Shown here: positions 1-9,042 of the stretch, piece after piece
Numbering within the stretch: the stretch's first letter is position 1
How the letters are laid out: the number at the start of each line of letters is the position of its first letter
DNA from: a virus
DNA length: 36,933 bases
Reading direction: 5' to 3' (one strand)
Virus genome (UHGV): UHGV-0283826
Made by a program: the position numbers and the translations under genes
The notes under the pieces: generated by a model
Told to the model about the DNA's origin: nothing
What the model saw: only the letters and a program-made list of their open reading frames with translations
Database searches by the model: none

Positions 1-598
1 AGAAATACCGGGGAGTGATGGAACTATGTATCTGTTGGATGGTGGCTACGAATCAACAGAGATTAAGATATCATTCAATTTTATAGGAAAGAGTGAAGAT
101 TGGGAGAATCATCTTGGAAAAGCACGAAAGTGGCTGTCTGGAAGAAATAAGAAGCTAAGACTTGGAACAGATCCGGGGCATTTCTATAAAATCCTGAAAG
201 TTCAGATGGATGAAGCAGAGCATACAAGTGAGAGAATCTGCAATTTTACAGCAACATTCACAACAAAGGATGGTCTGCGGTATCTGGACAAGGGACAGCA
301 TCCTCATTCGGCGGAAGAAGTGAAGAGGAATCCATATGAGATATCTTACCCAACTTACAAAATCTATGGAGAAGGAAGATGCAGCCTGATAGTCAATGGG
401 AAGAGAATGGAAGCTGATGTTGGACAGAATCTGACGATTGATACAGACAGAAAGCTGGCTTACCGCGAAGATGGAACACTGAGCAATACAGCGGTATTTG
501 GAGATTATGACGATCTTGTGCTACAGGAAGGAATGAATGATATAGCAATCACAGATGGATTCGAGCTGAAAGTGATTCCAAACTGGAGGTGCTTATGA
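1..598 (+). CDS. Distal tail protein Dit, C-terminal part (wrap-around continuation of 36833..36933)
   Basis: Same frame as 36833..36933. Siphovirus Dit-like motifs (IPGSDG..., FYK). Lies between TMP and Tal. Confidence 0.7.
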   Translation, partial: EIPGSDGTMYLLDGGYESTEIKISFNFIGKSEDWENHLGKARKWLSGRNKKLRLGTDPGHFYKILKVQMDEAEHTSERICNFTATFTTKDGLRYLDKGQHPHSAEEVKRNPYEISYPTYKIYGEGRCSLIVNGKRMEADVGQNLTIDTDRKLAYREDGTLSNTAVFGDYDDLVLQEGMNDIAITDGFELKVIPNWRCL

Positions 599-2442
599 TT
601 CAGATATACCGACAGGATAATATAGATTATAGGCATAATGGAGATATGACACTGCTTCCGGAAGAAGCCATTATTCATGTCATCCTCAATGGAGAATGGA
701 CAGCGAATATAGAACATCCGATTGACCTAGAAGGAAGATGGAAGTACATTGAGGAAAATGCAGTAGTGAAAATGCCATCTTTTAACGGGATCCAACTATT
801 TCGGATAAGAAGCAAAGAAAAGAAAGATTCGGGGGTAAGTGCAGAACTTACTCCTATTTTTATGGATGCTAAAGAAGATTGTTTCCTGGTAGATGTCAGG
901 CCAACAAACAAAAGTGGACAGGAGGCTCTGGACATTATGACAGAGAAAACTCCGCAATATCAGGCAAAATCGGACATCAAGAAGGTATCAACAGCCTATT
1001 ATCAGACGATGAACCTGATAGAGGCAATCAATGGAAGTGATGATAATGCATTTGTTTCCAAATGGGGCGGGGAAATCCTGTATGATAATTATCAAGTGAT
1101 CATCAATGAAAAAGCAGGAGGAGACTATGGTGTACAGGTGATGTATGGAAAAAACATAGTTAAGGATGGCTTTTCAGAGATGGTAGACATGAGTGAAGTT
1201 GCTACAAGGATTGTTCCAAAATCTTACAATGGATATATGATCGAGGGAGACACACCGTGGGTGGACTCACCTCTGATTGAAAAATATCCGACAATACATT
1301 ACAGAACAATGAAGTTCGAGGATGTGAAAATGCGTGAAGATGCGCAGGAGGATGACGAAGAGAACGGAGTGACAATATGTGAAACGCAGAAACAGCTAGA
1401 GGAAGCGTTGAAAAAGAAATGCCAGGAACAATATGACGAAGGTGTGGATAAGCCGAAAGTAACCATTGAAGCAGACATGGAGCTTCTGCAGAATACAGAA
1501 CTATACGAAGATGTAAAAAGCCTGGAAATGGTATCACTAGGAGATACCGTGCACTGTAACCACTCAAAACTTGGAATTAAGTCAGATGCAAGAGTGATTG
1601 AGTTGGAATGGGATGCGGTTAGGAACAAGTTGACATTTGTGAAATTAGGAGAGTTTCAATACAATTTTCTGGACGATGCTTCTTCTGTAATGAACCGGGT
1701 TGACCAGTCAATCCGTTCAGATGGAACTGTGATCGGGCAGCAGATCCAAGGAATCATCAATGGCGTTAAGGCTCAGATGAAAGCACAGTCTACGGTCGCA
1801 AAAAAGCAGACGGTAAGGGCAATTCTTTTTGAAGATCTTGATCCGAAGTCTGAAACGTTTGGTGCTATGTGTCTTGGAACATTGGGATTCGAGATCGCTT
1901 CAGAGCGCACAGCAGATGGAAGAGATTGGAAGTGGAGTACCTTCGGAACGGGACAGGGATTCTTCGCAGATTTCATCGTTGCCGGAACGATGCTGGCAGA
2001 TAGAATCAAGGGTGGAACACTGATCCTGGGAGGAAAAGAGAATGGTGATGGCACCGCAAAGGTACTGGATGCGAATGGAAATACGGTTGTAGCATTAACA
2101 AATCAGGGAATTGTGGTAGACAATGCAGACGAAGGTGGCGTGTTGATCAGTAATGGATCAATATTTGTGAGAAACACAGAAGGAAAGACAGTGGGAATTG
2201 TACACTACCAGAATAATGGAGTGAGCGTACAATCTTATGGCGGCAAATATGCCTCCGTGCTTGTGACGAATGAGGGAAATATAGCGTTGAATGCAGCTGG
2301 AAAGGCTTCTCTTTCATGCGGAACATATAACATCGGAGGACAAGAGGCCAAAACAGGAAAGCTCGTCTTTTCGGATGGAACATATATCAACGTTCAAAAT
2401 GGAAGCATTGTTGGAGGAAAAACAAAAGAAGGGAGCTTCTAA
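589..2442 (+). CDS. Tail-associated lysin / tail tip protein Tal (prophage tail endopeptidase-like N-domain, coiled coil, Gly-rich beta-helix-like C-region)
   Basis: 617 aa immediately after Dit with a 10-nt overlap. The N-terminal ~380 aa is typical of a Tal structural domain. The C-terminal region has repeated G/N-rich beta-strand motifs. Confidence 0.7.
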   Translation: MLMIQIYRQDNIDYRHNGDMTLLPEEAIIHVILNGEWTANIEHPIDLEGRWKYIEENAVVKMPSFNGIQLFRIRSKEKKDSGVSAELTPIFMDAKEDCFLVDVRPTNKSGQEALDIMTEKTPQYQAKSDIKKVSTAYYQTMNLIEAINGSDDNAFVSKWGGEILYDNYQVIINEKAGGDYGVQVMYGKNIVKDGFSEMVDMSEVATRIVPKSYNGYMIEGDTPWVDSPLIEKYPTIHYRTMKFEDVKMREDAQEDDEENGVTICETQKQLEEALKKKCQEQYDEGVDKPKVTIEADMELLQNTELYEDVKSLEMVSLGDTVHCNHSKLGIKSDARVIELEWDAVRNKLTFVKLGEFQYNFLDDASSVMNRVDQSIRSDGTVIGQQIQGIINGVKAQMKAQSTVAKKQTVRAILFEDLDPKSETFGAMCLGTLGFEIASERTADGRDWKWSTFGTGQGFFADFIVAGTMLADRIKGGTLILGGKENGDGTAKVLDANGNTVVALTNQGIVVDNADEGGVLISNGSIFVRNTEGKTVGIVHYQNNGVSVQSYGGKYASVLVTNEGNIALNAAGKASLSCGTYNIGGQEAKTGKLVFSDGTYINVQNGSIVGGKTKEGSF

Positions 2443-3438
2443 GTGAGCTGGACGATAGGGAACAAGTATCTGACGGAATCGCAGATGCAAGGAAACGCAT
2501 TGGAGGTCTATAAATATTTCACAGGAAAAGGATGGACGTTGAATGCGATCAGTGGGGTTCTCGGAAACATGGAAAAAGAGTCCAACATTAATCCGGGACT
2601 TTGGCAGAGCCTGAAAGAAGGAAACTATTCTGGTGGCTTCGGATTGGTTCAGTGGACACCGGCCACCAACTATACGAACTGGGCAAACTCGAACGGATAC
2701 GGAATTACGGATCCGGAAGGGCAGATGTATTGGATTGATGCACTGTCTGCATCAAGTGGTCAGTGGATTGCGACAAGTGCTTATTCAATGACATGGAGTG
2801 CATATAAGAGTAGCACAGAATCACCGGAATATCTCGCAAGCGCGTTTCTGAAGAACTTTGAACGAGCAGGAGTTGAGGTAGAATCCGAAAGACGGAGTGC
2901 AGCACGAAAATGGTACGACTATCTCACAAAAGCGGATGGGAGTCAGGTTATTGAAAAGGCAGTGGAATGGGCAATATCGATTGCGAACGATAACAGTCAT
3001 GGATACGATCAGGCGCACAGAGACGGACCAGATTACGATTGTTCCTCATTAATCTGCTGGGCATACTACAATGCAGGGCTGAATACGAGGCCAGGATATA
3101 CACCAGCTACAGGAACAATGTATGATGTGTTTCTGGCAGCAGGCTTCAAGGATGTGACTTCACAGGTCAATCTAGCCACCGGATCAGGGCTGATCCGGGG
3201 AGACGTCCTGTTAAAACCAGGAAACCATACAGAAATGTCAATTGGGAATGGCCAGCTGGTTGCTGCTTCACAGAACGAATTCGGTGGAATTACCGGAGGA
3301 CAGACCGGAGATCAGACCGGAAAAGAGATTCATGTGCATGGATACTATAACTTTCCGTGGAAGTATGTGCTGAGATATTCGGGAGGCGGAGTTGCACCGG
3401 TGCAAGGGTTGTATATCGTCAGATGGATTCCTGGATAA
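2443..3438 (+). CDS. Tail-associated peptidoglycan hydrolase: phage tail lysozyme domain plus Amidase_5/NlpC-P60-like cysteine peptidase domain
   Basis: GTG start with an SD. The motif GNMEKESNINPG...GGFGLVQWT matches the phage tail lysozyme family. DYDCSSLICWAYYNAGL...GNHTEMSIG is a Cys/His peptidase signature (Amidase_5-like). Confidence 0.65.
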   Translation: MSWTIGNKYLTESQMQGNALEVYKYFTGKGWTLNAISGVLGNMEKESNINPGLWQSLKEGNYSGGFGLVQWTPATNYTNWANSNGYGITDPEGQMYWIDALSASSGQWIATSAYSMTWSAYKSSTESPEYLASAFLKNFERAGVEVESERRSAARKWYDYLTKADGSQVIEKAVEWAISIANDNSHGYDQAHRDGPDYDCSSLICWAYYNAGLNTRPGYTPATGTMYDVFLAAGFKDVTSQVNLATGSGLIRGDVLLKPGNHTEMSIGNGQLVAASQNEFGGITGGQTGDQTGKEIHVHGYYNFPWKYVLRYSGGGVAPVQGLYIVRWIPG

Positions 3439-3449
3439 GGAGGAGAAAA

Positions 3450-4217
3450 GTGAACTATATAGAACGAGATGTCTATGTGCTGGAGAACAGGATTAAGGAA
3501 AAGATTGATTATGTAAGAGGGACGAATGCGCTCCCAATCTATTTCCATTTCCGGGATTATGAGATTCCGGAAGGGGCAACGGCAAAAGCATTCGTGCTAA
3601 AACCGTCAAAAAAAGCAACATACAATGTATGCCCAATCATTGAGAACACCGTGAGGGTGATCGTGAAAGATCAGACATTTGCTGAAGTTGGGAAAAGCGC
3701 GCTTCAGATTGTACTCACAATGGAAGAGGAGACGCTGGTGACATTCGACCAGCCGATAGAGGTGCATCGAAATTTCAGTGAAGGAGATGTTCCGGAAAGC
3801 GAGAATGAAGCTGGATGGATGAACAACTTCATAAAAGGCATGGAAGAAGCTACAAAGCATGCTGAGAATGCTGCAAAGACAGCGGAAGAGATTAGTGAGA
3901 CACTAACAAAAAAGCTACAAAATGGAGATTTCCGAGGAGCAACCGGAGCAACTGGCCCGCAGGGCAAACAGGGGATTCAGGGAGAACCAGGAAAAGACGG
4001 AGAAAAGGGTCCAAGAGGTGATACCGGACCAGTTGGACCACAAGGGCCGGCAGGAAAAGATGCGAATGCAGTGATTACATCATTAGATCCGGGAGTATTT
4101 GCAATGTCGGTGGAATCAGGACATCTTATCCTGACATACAACTCATATGATACAGCCCCACCGCTGAAAATTGTGGATGGAAGATTGAAATATGTATTGG
4201 AGGAGGTGACAGCATGA
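3450..4217 (+). CDS. BppU-like baseplate upper protein with a short collagen-like (G-X-Y) segment
   Basis: GTG at 3450 sits 6 nt after AAGGAGG (3437..3443). The N-terminal Ig-like region resembles the BppU N domain. It contains GATGATGPQGKQGIQGEPGKDGEKGPRGDTGPVGPQGPAGKD. Confidence 0.6.
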   Translation: MNYIERDVYVLENRIKEKIDYVRGTNALPIYFHFRDYEIPEGATAKAFVLKPSKKATYNVCPIIENTVRVIVKDQTFAEVGKSALQIVLTMEEETLVTFDQPIEVHRNFSEGDVPESENEAGWMNNFIKGMEEATKHAENAAKTAEEISETLTKKLQNGDFRGATGATGPQGKQGIQGEPGKDGEKGPRGDTGPVGPQGPAGKDANAVITSLDPGVFAMSVESGHLILTYNSYDTAPPLKIVDGRLKYVLEEVTA

Positions 4218-4861
4218 TAAGAGTATATTTCGAAGAGGGAGAAAAAGAAAAGACTGCATACGGATTGACGCAGTGGGATTATGGACAGAAACTGCAGATT
4301 CTGGGACTTAACCTGCCATCTGAACAAGAGGCTGTAGAAGTCCATTTCTCATATTGGCGCGGATGTAGGCCGGCGAAAATTATTGAAGCAACTGTGATAT
4401 GTGACAAGATTATAGCAGATATTCCAAATGATTTCTTAACGGAAGGAGAAGGTATAGATGCTTATATCTATATATCAAGTTCTGAGGAAGGAAAAACCAT
4501 TGGGAGAGTAAGACTTCCGGTAATCAAGAGAAAAAAACCAATTGACTACAACGCGTCAAATGAAAACAAAGTGTTAAAACAGGTATTAGAATCTCTGCAA
4601 ACAAAAGCCGACAATATCACCATCAAAGATGGCAATCTGCAGCTTATGTCTCAAGGCCAACCGGTAGGAGATAAGGTAAGACTGAATACGTCCGGAGAAA
4701 ATGAGATTGAGATCCGGAACAATGGTACAGCTCTGCAATGGAGATATACAAATCAAAATGACTGGAATGATCTTGTTCCATTGGAAGATCTGAAAGGAAA
4801 AGATGGAAAACCACCGGAATTTGAAGTACGAGATGGACATCTGATCGCAATATATTTATAG
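4214..4861 (+). CDS. Baseplate/fiber-associated structural protein (second BppU-like Ig domain; C-terminal ...RDGHLIAIYL)
   Basis: Translationally coupled to the upstream gene (ATGA overlap). Shares the C-terminal GHLIxxY motif with its neighbours. Confidence 0.5.
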   Translation: MIRVYFEEGEKEKTAYGLTQWDYGQKLQILGLNLPSEQEAVEVHFSYWRGCRPAKIIEATVICDKIIADIPNDFLTEGEGIDAYIYISSSEEGKTIGRVRLPVIKRKKPIDYNASNENKVLKQVLESLQTKADNITIKDGNLQLMSQGQPVGDKVRLNTSGENEIEIRNNGTALQWRYTNQNDWNDLVPLEDLKGKDGKPPEFEVRDGHLIAIYL

Positions 4862-4867
4862 GATAGA

Positions 4868-4894
4868 AAGCACTGGCTTCGGCGGGTGCTTTTT
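4868..4894 (+). terminator. Rho-independent terminator inside the tail/baseplate gene block
   Basis: AAGCAC(4868..4873) - 12-nt loop - GTGCTT(4886..4891) followed by TTTTT. Sits just after the stop at 4861 and before an AT-rich promoter-like stretch and the RBS of the next gene. Confidence 0.5.
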
Positions 4895-4934
4895 ATTATA
4901 AAACAATTTTTTAAAAGAAAGGAAGGAAAAAAAC

Positions 4935-5795
4935 ATGGCAAGAGAGGTAGATTTAGGATCAATTATCGGACCACAGGGCGAAACAGGACCGACAGGCAAA
5001 TCAGCGTATCAGGTATGGCTTGCACAGCCTGGAAATGCAGGAAAAACAGAAGCACAGTATATCGCTTCCCTAAAAGGCGCAAAGGGAGATACCGGAGCGA
5101 CAGGCCCACAGGGACCAACCGGAGCAACCGGAGCGACTGGACCAAAGGGAGAAAAAGGAGCAACTGGAGCGACAGGTCCGCAGGGGCAAACCGGGGCAAA
5201 AGGAGATAAGGGAGATCCGTTCGCAATCGCAAAAACGTTCGCCTCCGTGTCAGCAATGAATTCTGGATTCTCCTCAGATGGAGTGAAAGAAGGACAGTTC
5301 GTCATGATCGACACAGGAAATGTCAATGATGTCGATAATGCGAAACTCTATGTAAAAGGAAGGACAGCATATACCTATATCACAGATCTTTCAGGTGCTA
5401 CTGGAATGACAGGCCCACAGGGACAAAAAGGAGATACAGGGGCTAAGGGAGAAATCGGAGACAAGGGAGCAACTGGAACACGTGGCAGCAGATGGAACGC
5501 AGGAACAGCAATCACGGGAACAAGTGCAACAGCAACAGTATTTCCAGGTTCAGAAATTACAGATGCATTAGTGAATGATATGTATTTGAATACATCTACA
5601 GGGTGTACATACAGATGTACTGTAAGTGGAGCAGCGTCAGCAGCTAAGTGGGTATATGCAGGAAGCCTGAAAGGAAATACGGGAGCAAAAGGAGATACAG
5701 GTGCAACCGGAGCGACAGGAGCAACCGGTAAGGATGGACAGACTCCGACATTCAAGATCAGCAATGGACACTTGATCGCAGTATACGAAAGCTAG
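4935..5795 (+). CDS. Collagen-like (G-X-Y repeat) tail fiber protein
   Basis: Long G-X-Y runs ([45 protein letters not shown]). YQVWLAQPGNAGKTEAQYIASLKG is a motif common in Firmicutes phage fibers. C-terminal ...NGHLIAVYES. Confidence 0.7.
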   Translation: MAREVDLGSIIGPQGETGPTGKSAYQVWLAQPGNAGKTEAQYIASLKGAKGDTGATGPQGPTGATGATGPKGEKGATGATGPQGQTGAKGDKGDPFAIAKTFASVSAMNSGFSSDGVKEGQFVMIDTGNVNDVDNAKLYVKGRTAYTYITDLSGATGMTGPQGQKGDTGAKGEIGDKGATGTRGSRWNAGTAITGTSATATVFPGSEITDALVNDMYLNTSTGCTYRCTVSGAASAAKWVYAGSLKGNTGAKGDTGATGATGATGKDGQTPTFKISNGHLIAVYES

Positions 5796-5807
5796 GAGGA
5801 ATATACA

Positions 5808-6938
5808 ATGGCAGCAAGACAGATTGATCTAGGACAGGTGGTTGGACCTACTGGACCAACCGGAACCAGAGGAAGCCGCTGGACACAGGGAACGGCAATC
5901 ACAGGAACAAGCACAACGGCAACAGTATTTTCCAGTTCAGGAATCACAGATGCCATTGTGAACGACAATTACCTGAACACAGCAACGGGAAATACATATA
6001 GATGTACAGTAGGTGGAGCAGCTTCTGTGGCTAAGTGGGTATATACTGGAAATCTGAAAGGCCCACAGGGTGCAAAAGGAGCAACAGGCTCACAAGGACC
6101 AACTGGAGCAACTGGGCCAACCGGAGCAACCGGACCGAAAGGGGACACGGGACCGATAGGTCCCGCAGGTCCTCAGGGTCCAACAGGAAAAGTAGATGCT
6201 AATACACAGGTAGCATTCACAAAGGCATCAACGAGGGAGAATATAGCAAGCAATGAGAAGGTGCCAATTATTCTCGGAAAGATCGCAAAGTACTTCGCAG
6301 ATCTGGGAACGTCCGCATTCAGAGCAGTGGCGAATAATTTGACAACTTCAGCAGCAGGAAGTTCTGTGTTGGATGCTTATCAGGGAAAAGTACTGGATGG
6401 AAAGAAACTGAACATTGCAAATGTGATTAATAATCTGCTTACGACAGAGGCCGGGTATGCGCTTGATGCACGACAGGGGAAGAAGATTGAGGATCAGATT
6501 ACTGAATTAAATGGCAAAAGAGTAAAGACGGCTGTATATGGAAACTCAGGGCCATACAACATTGCGTCAAATGGCAGTAGCTTCCAAGGCACAGATTTTG
6601 GTACCAAAGTACATGATGATATCGGATTAATGTATACCTATGATAATACAAACTATTTACATTATTTTACAGTTCCTGAAGATGGCGTCTATTTAATTCA
6701 TGCACTTATAAACTTTGCTGATGGAATCAGTGGGCTTATGTCTCTCTATGGAAAGATAGAGCGAAATGGTAACGAACAATCTCGACAGCCAAAAACCATT
6801 AGAAGTTACGCTGGGGCAAATTATATCTTTTTGTGTCCTTTCAGTGCAGGGGATACATTACGTTTTACGGTATGTCAGAATTCAGGATCTACAATCAAAA
6901 CCTCTGGTGGTTGCAGACTGAATATTGTTAAAATCTGA
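5808..6938 (+). CDS. Collagen-like tail fiber with a C-terminal C1q/TNF-like (BclA-like) globular domain
   Basis: G-X-Y run followed by a coiled-coil neck. The C-terminal ~130 aa carry a C1q-like pattern (...[36 protein letters not shown]...). Confidence 0.65.
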   Translation: MAARQIDLGQVVGPTGPTGTRGSRWTQGTAITGTSTTATVFSSSGITDAIVNDNYLNTATGNTYRCTVGGAASVAKWVYTGNLKGPQGAKGATGSQGPTGATGPTGATGPKGDTGPIGPAGPQGPTGKVDANTQVAFTKASTRENIASNEKVPIILGKIAKYFADLGTSAFRAVANNLTTSAAGSSVLDAYQGKVLDGKKLNIANVINNLLTTEAGYALDARQGKKIEDQITELNGKRVKTAVYGNSGPYNIASNGSSFQGTDFGTKVHDDIGLMYTYDNTNYLHYFTVPEDGVYLIHALINFADGISGLMSLYGKIERNGNEQSRQPKTIRSYAGANYIFLCPFSAGDTLRFTVCQNSGSTIKTSGGCRLNIVKI

Positions 6939-6946
6939 CAGTTATT

Positions 6947-7231
6947 TTATTTCCATTGACCAATAGCCAGCCAGCTGCATTCTGTACCAGTTACCGCAGA
7001 CATACTTGTAGTTCTCGCATATACATATGCTTTTGAGACGCTGTTGACATTCGTTGATATGAGAAAGGCTGGGAGTGTACTTCCAGGATATTTAGCTGTT
7101 GCAATCAATGTATATGATGTATTTGCAAATGTTTTTGGGAAATTGATTGTAGCAAATCCTTTTCCTCCAGATGCTTCACCTGGAAATGTAGCTGTTCCCA
7201 ACTGAATAAGGAGACCGTTGCCGTATTTCAT
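6947..7231 (-). CDS. Small H-type-lectin-like domain protein (94 aa), opposite strand to the tail genes
   Basis: ATG at 7231 with a GGAAG SD 7 nt upstream. INFPKTF..P.....STN......YVYART.......ECSWLAIGQW resembles the H-type lectin domain signature (WIAIG-like end). Confidence 0.4.
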   Translation of the reverse strand: MKYGNGLLIQLGTATFPGEASGGKGFATINFPKTFANTSYTLIATAKYPGSTLPAFLISTNVNSVSKAYVYARTTSMSAVTGTECSWLAIGQWK

Positions 7232-7298
7232 ATAGTTGCTTCCAAAGTCAACTATAAATTTGCCATTTAATTAAGGATTCAACTAGAAAGGAAAACAA

Positions 7299-7982
7299 AT
7301 GAACATACTTTTTTTAAATCAAGAAGAACCAGTGATGGGAACTGTAACAGTTCAAGATCTCCATCACGTGAAAATCGAGGGTGTATTGCAGAATCTGTCG
7401 GGATTTCATCTCGTGACAAATGATGGACAGGTTTATGGAAAATACGAAACATATACTACATTGTATAAAACTGTGGAAGACGGATACATTCTGTCAGATG
7501 ATGGAAGTGTATATGTAGAGCCGGATCCAGAGACAGAACCGGAGCCATATGTTCCAACATTAGAAGAGATCCAGGAAGCGAAAGTAAATGAGATGAATGC
7601 AGCGCAGCAGGCTGTGATAGCGGAAGGTGTGGATGTGGTGCTTACAGATGGAAGTACGGAGCATTTCACATTAACGGAGAGAGATCAGACGAGCCTTGTA
7701 GGATTGCAGGGACAAGTGGCAGCAGGAGAGCAGAACATTCCGTGGCATACTTCAGATGAAGAGGAACATTGTAAGTTCTATAGCAATGCGGATATGGCTA
7801 AAATTACTGCAACGGCAATGGAATATGTAACATGGCACGTTACATATTTCAGAGATTTGAGAATCTATATCAGAGCATTGACAGAAATCGAAGAAGTAGA
7901 AAAGGTAACTTATGGAATGACTATTCCGGAAGAATATCAATCAGAGCCATTGAAAACAATGATTGCGGCTCAAAACGTATGA
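7299..7982 (+). CDS. DUF4376-domain phage protein (XkdW-like, fiber/lysis-adjacent)
   Basis: The C-terminal ~130 aa match the DUF4376 pattern (K..E.N....I..G.DVVLTDGS.EHFTL...DQ..L.GL...V..G...IPWH....). This is the typical position between fibers and holin in Clostridial prophages. Confidence 0.5.
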   Translation: MNILFLNQEEPVMGTVTVQDLHHVKIEGVLQNLSGFHLVTNDGQVYGKYETYTTLYKTVEDGYILSDDGSVYVEPDPETEPEPYVPTLEEIQEAKVNEMNAAQQAVIAEGVDVVLTDGSTEHFTLTERDQTSLVGLQGQVAAGEQNIPWHTSDEEEHCKFYSNADMAKITATAMEYVTWHVTYFRDLRIYIRALTEIEEVEKVTYGMTIPEEYQSEPLKTMIAAQNV

Positions 7983-8389
7983 AATGGGTAAGACCGCTGA
8001 TTCTATTTGGAATTGGCGGAACCATCTATGTATTAATTGAACTGATCGCCAGAGGTAGAAGCCACTGGACAATGTTCTTCGTGGGGGGATTAGCATTCTA
8101 TTTGATTGGATGTATCAATGAGCATAAGAAAAAAGAGATTCTGATGCGGTGGCAGATGGCAGCAGGAGCAGGGATTATAACAGGTCTAGAACTGATTTCC
8201 GGGATCATAGTGAACATTATATTAGGATGGAATGTATGGGACTACAGTACTCTCCCAGGAAATCTGCTTGGACAGATTTGCCCACAGTTCACGGTGCTGT
8301 GGTTCTTTCTGTCAGCTGTGGCTGTCTATCTGGATGATTGGATAAGATACTTACTGTGGGGAGAAAAACGGCCAAAATATAAATTTTAG
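7979..8389 (+). CDS. Small integral membrane protein with 4 TM helices (DUF1113/CmpB-like), lysis-cassette associated
   Basis: ATG at 7979 overlaps the upstream stop (ATGA). Four hydrophobic segments. W.YS..P.N..G.I motif. Confidence 0.5.
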   Translation: MKWVRPLILFGIGGTIYVLIELIARGRSHWTMFFVGGLAFYLIGCINEHKKKEILMRWQMAAGAGIITGLELISGIIVNIILGWNVWDYSTLPGNLLGQICPQFTVLWFFLSAVAVYLDDWIRYLLWGEKRPKYKF

Positions 8390-8404
8390 AAAGGAAGGAT
8401 TGAA

Positions 8405-8869
8405 ATGATGGATAAGATTATCACATTGCTGTCAAGCAATTCATTTGTAAAAATTTTGCTGATAGCGGTTGCCTTAGATACGATACTTGGCGTACTCAGG
8501 GCGATTAAAGAACACAAATTCAACAGCTGCGTAGGAATCGATGGAGCAATTCGGAAAGCGGGAATGCTCTTGTCGGTATGCTTCCTTATGGCAACGGATG
8601 TGATCATGCATATTAATGTATTAAGCATGGTACCTGAGGAGTATGTACAGCTTCTTGGTATTGACAAGATGGGAATCTGCGAATTTTTCAGTTTGTTATT
8701 TATTTTATATGAATTGGTCAGCATTTTGAAGAATATGACATTGTGCGGTCTTCCGGTTCCGACAAAGATTAAGAGATGGATCCAGAAGTTCCTGGATGAT
8801 ATGACAGAGGAGCTTCCGGAAGAAGCGGTACAGGAATTGCACCAGTGCAAGAAAGGAGAAGAATCATGA
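8405..8869 (+). CDS. Holin, phage_holin_4 (TcdE-like) family
   Basis: ALDTILGVLRA and YELVSILKNMTLCGLPVP resemble the family-4 holin signature (..SIlENl..G.P.P). Membrane segments. Lies just upstream of the endolysin. Confidence 0.65.
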   Translation: MMDKIITLLSSNSFVKILLIAVALDTILGVLRAIKEHKFNSCVGIDGAIRKAGMLLSVCFLMATDVIMHINVLSMVPEEYVQLLGIDKMGICEFFSLLFILYELVSILKNMTLCGLPVPTKIKRWIQKFLDDMTEELPEEAVQELHQCKKGEES

Positions 8870-9042
8870 CAGAACAGACAATTAAAGAAACAATTAAGAG
8901 TTTCGCTTACGGACTTTCAGCAAAAGAAATCTCCGACAACGAAGGAACATCACTTGAAGTTATGGAGAAGTTTGCAGAGGAACACGCTGCGGAGATTGAG
9001 CAGAAGAAAGCAGAGCTGAAAGAAGGTGGCTGGTATGAGTAA
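8866..9042 (+). CDS. Small hypothetical protein (58 aa) between holin and endolysin
   Basis: ATG at 8866 with a GGAGAAG SD and an ATGA overlap with the holin stop. Acidic and helical. Confidence 0.35.
   Translation: MTEQTIKETIKSFAYGLSAKEISDNEGTSLEVMEKFAEEHAAEIEQKKAELKEGGWYE

Noticed and set aside
5009-5764. Long minus-strand ORFs (5009..5326, 5375..5764, also 3977..4345) rich in PVAPVGP repeats
   Set aside because: They are the antisense reading of G-X-Y collagen codons (GGN NNN NNN read in reverse gives Pro-rich frames). They have no SD and lie entirely inside strongly supported plus-strand genes.
4935-6200. 9-bp periodic nucleotide repeats that could be mistaken for a CRISPR or tandem-repeat array
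   Set aside because: The periodicity is the G-X-Y coding repeat of collagen-like fibers. There are no spacer/repeat structure, leader or cas genes.
6939-7300. Invertible tail-fiber tip cassette or DGR involving the reverse-strand lectin-like gene
   Set aside because: No reverse transcriptase, no Gin/Hin-type invertase and no flanking inverted or template repeats found. The only serine recombinase is a full-length integrase far away.
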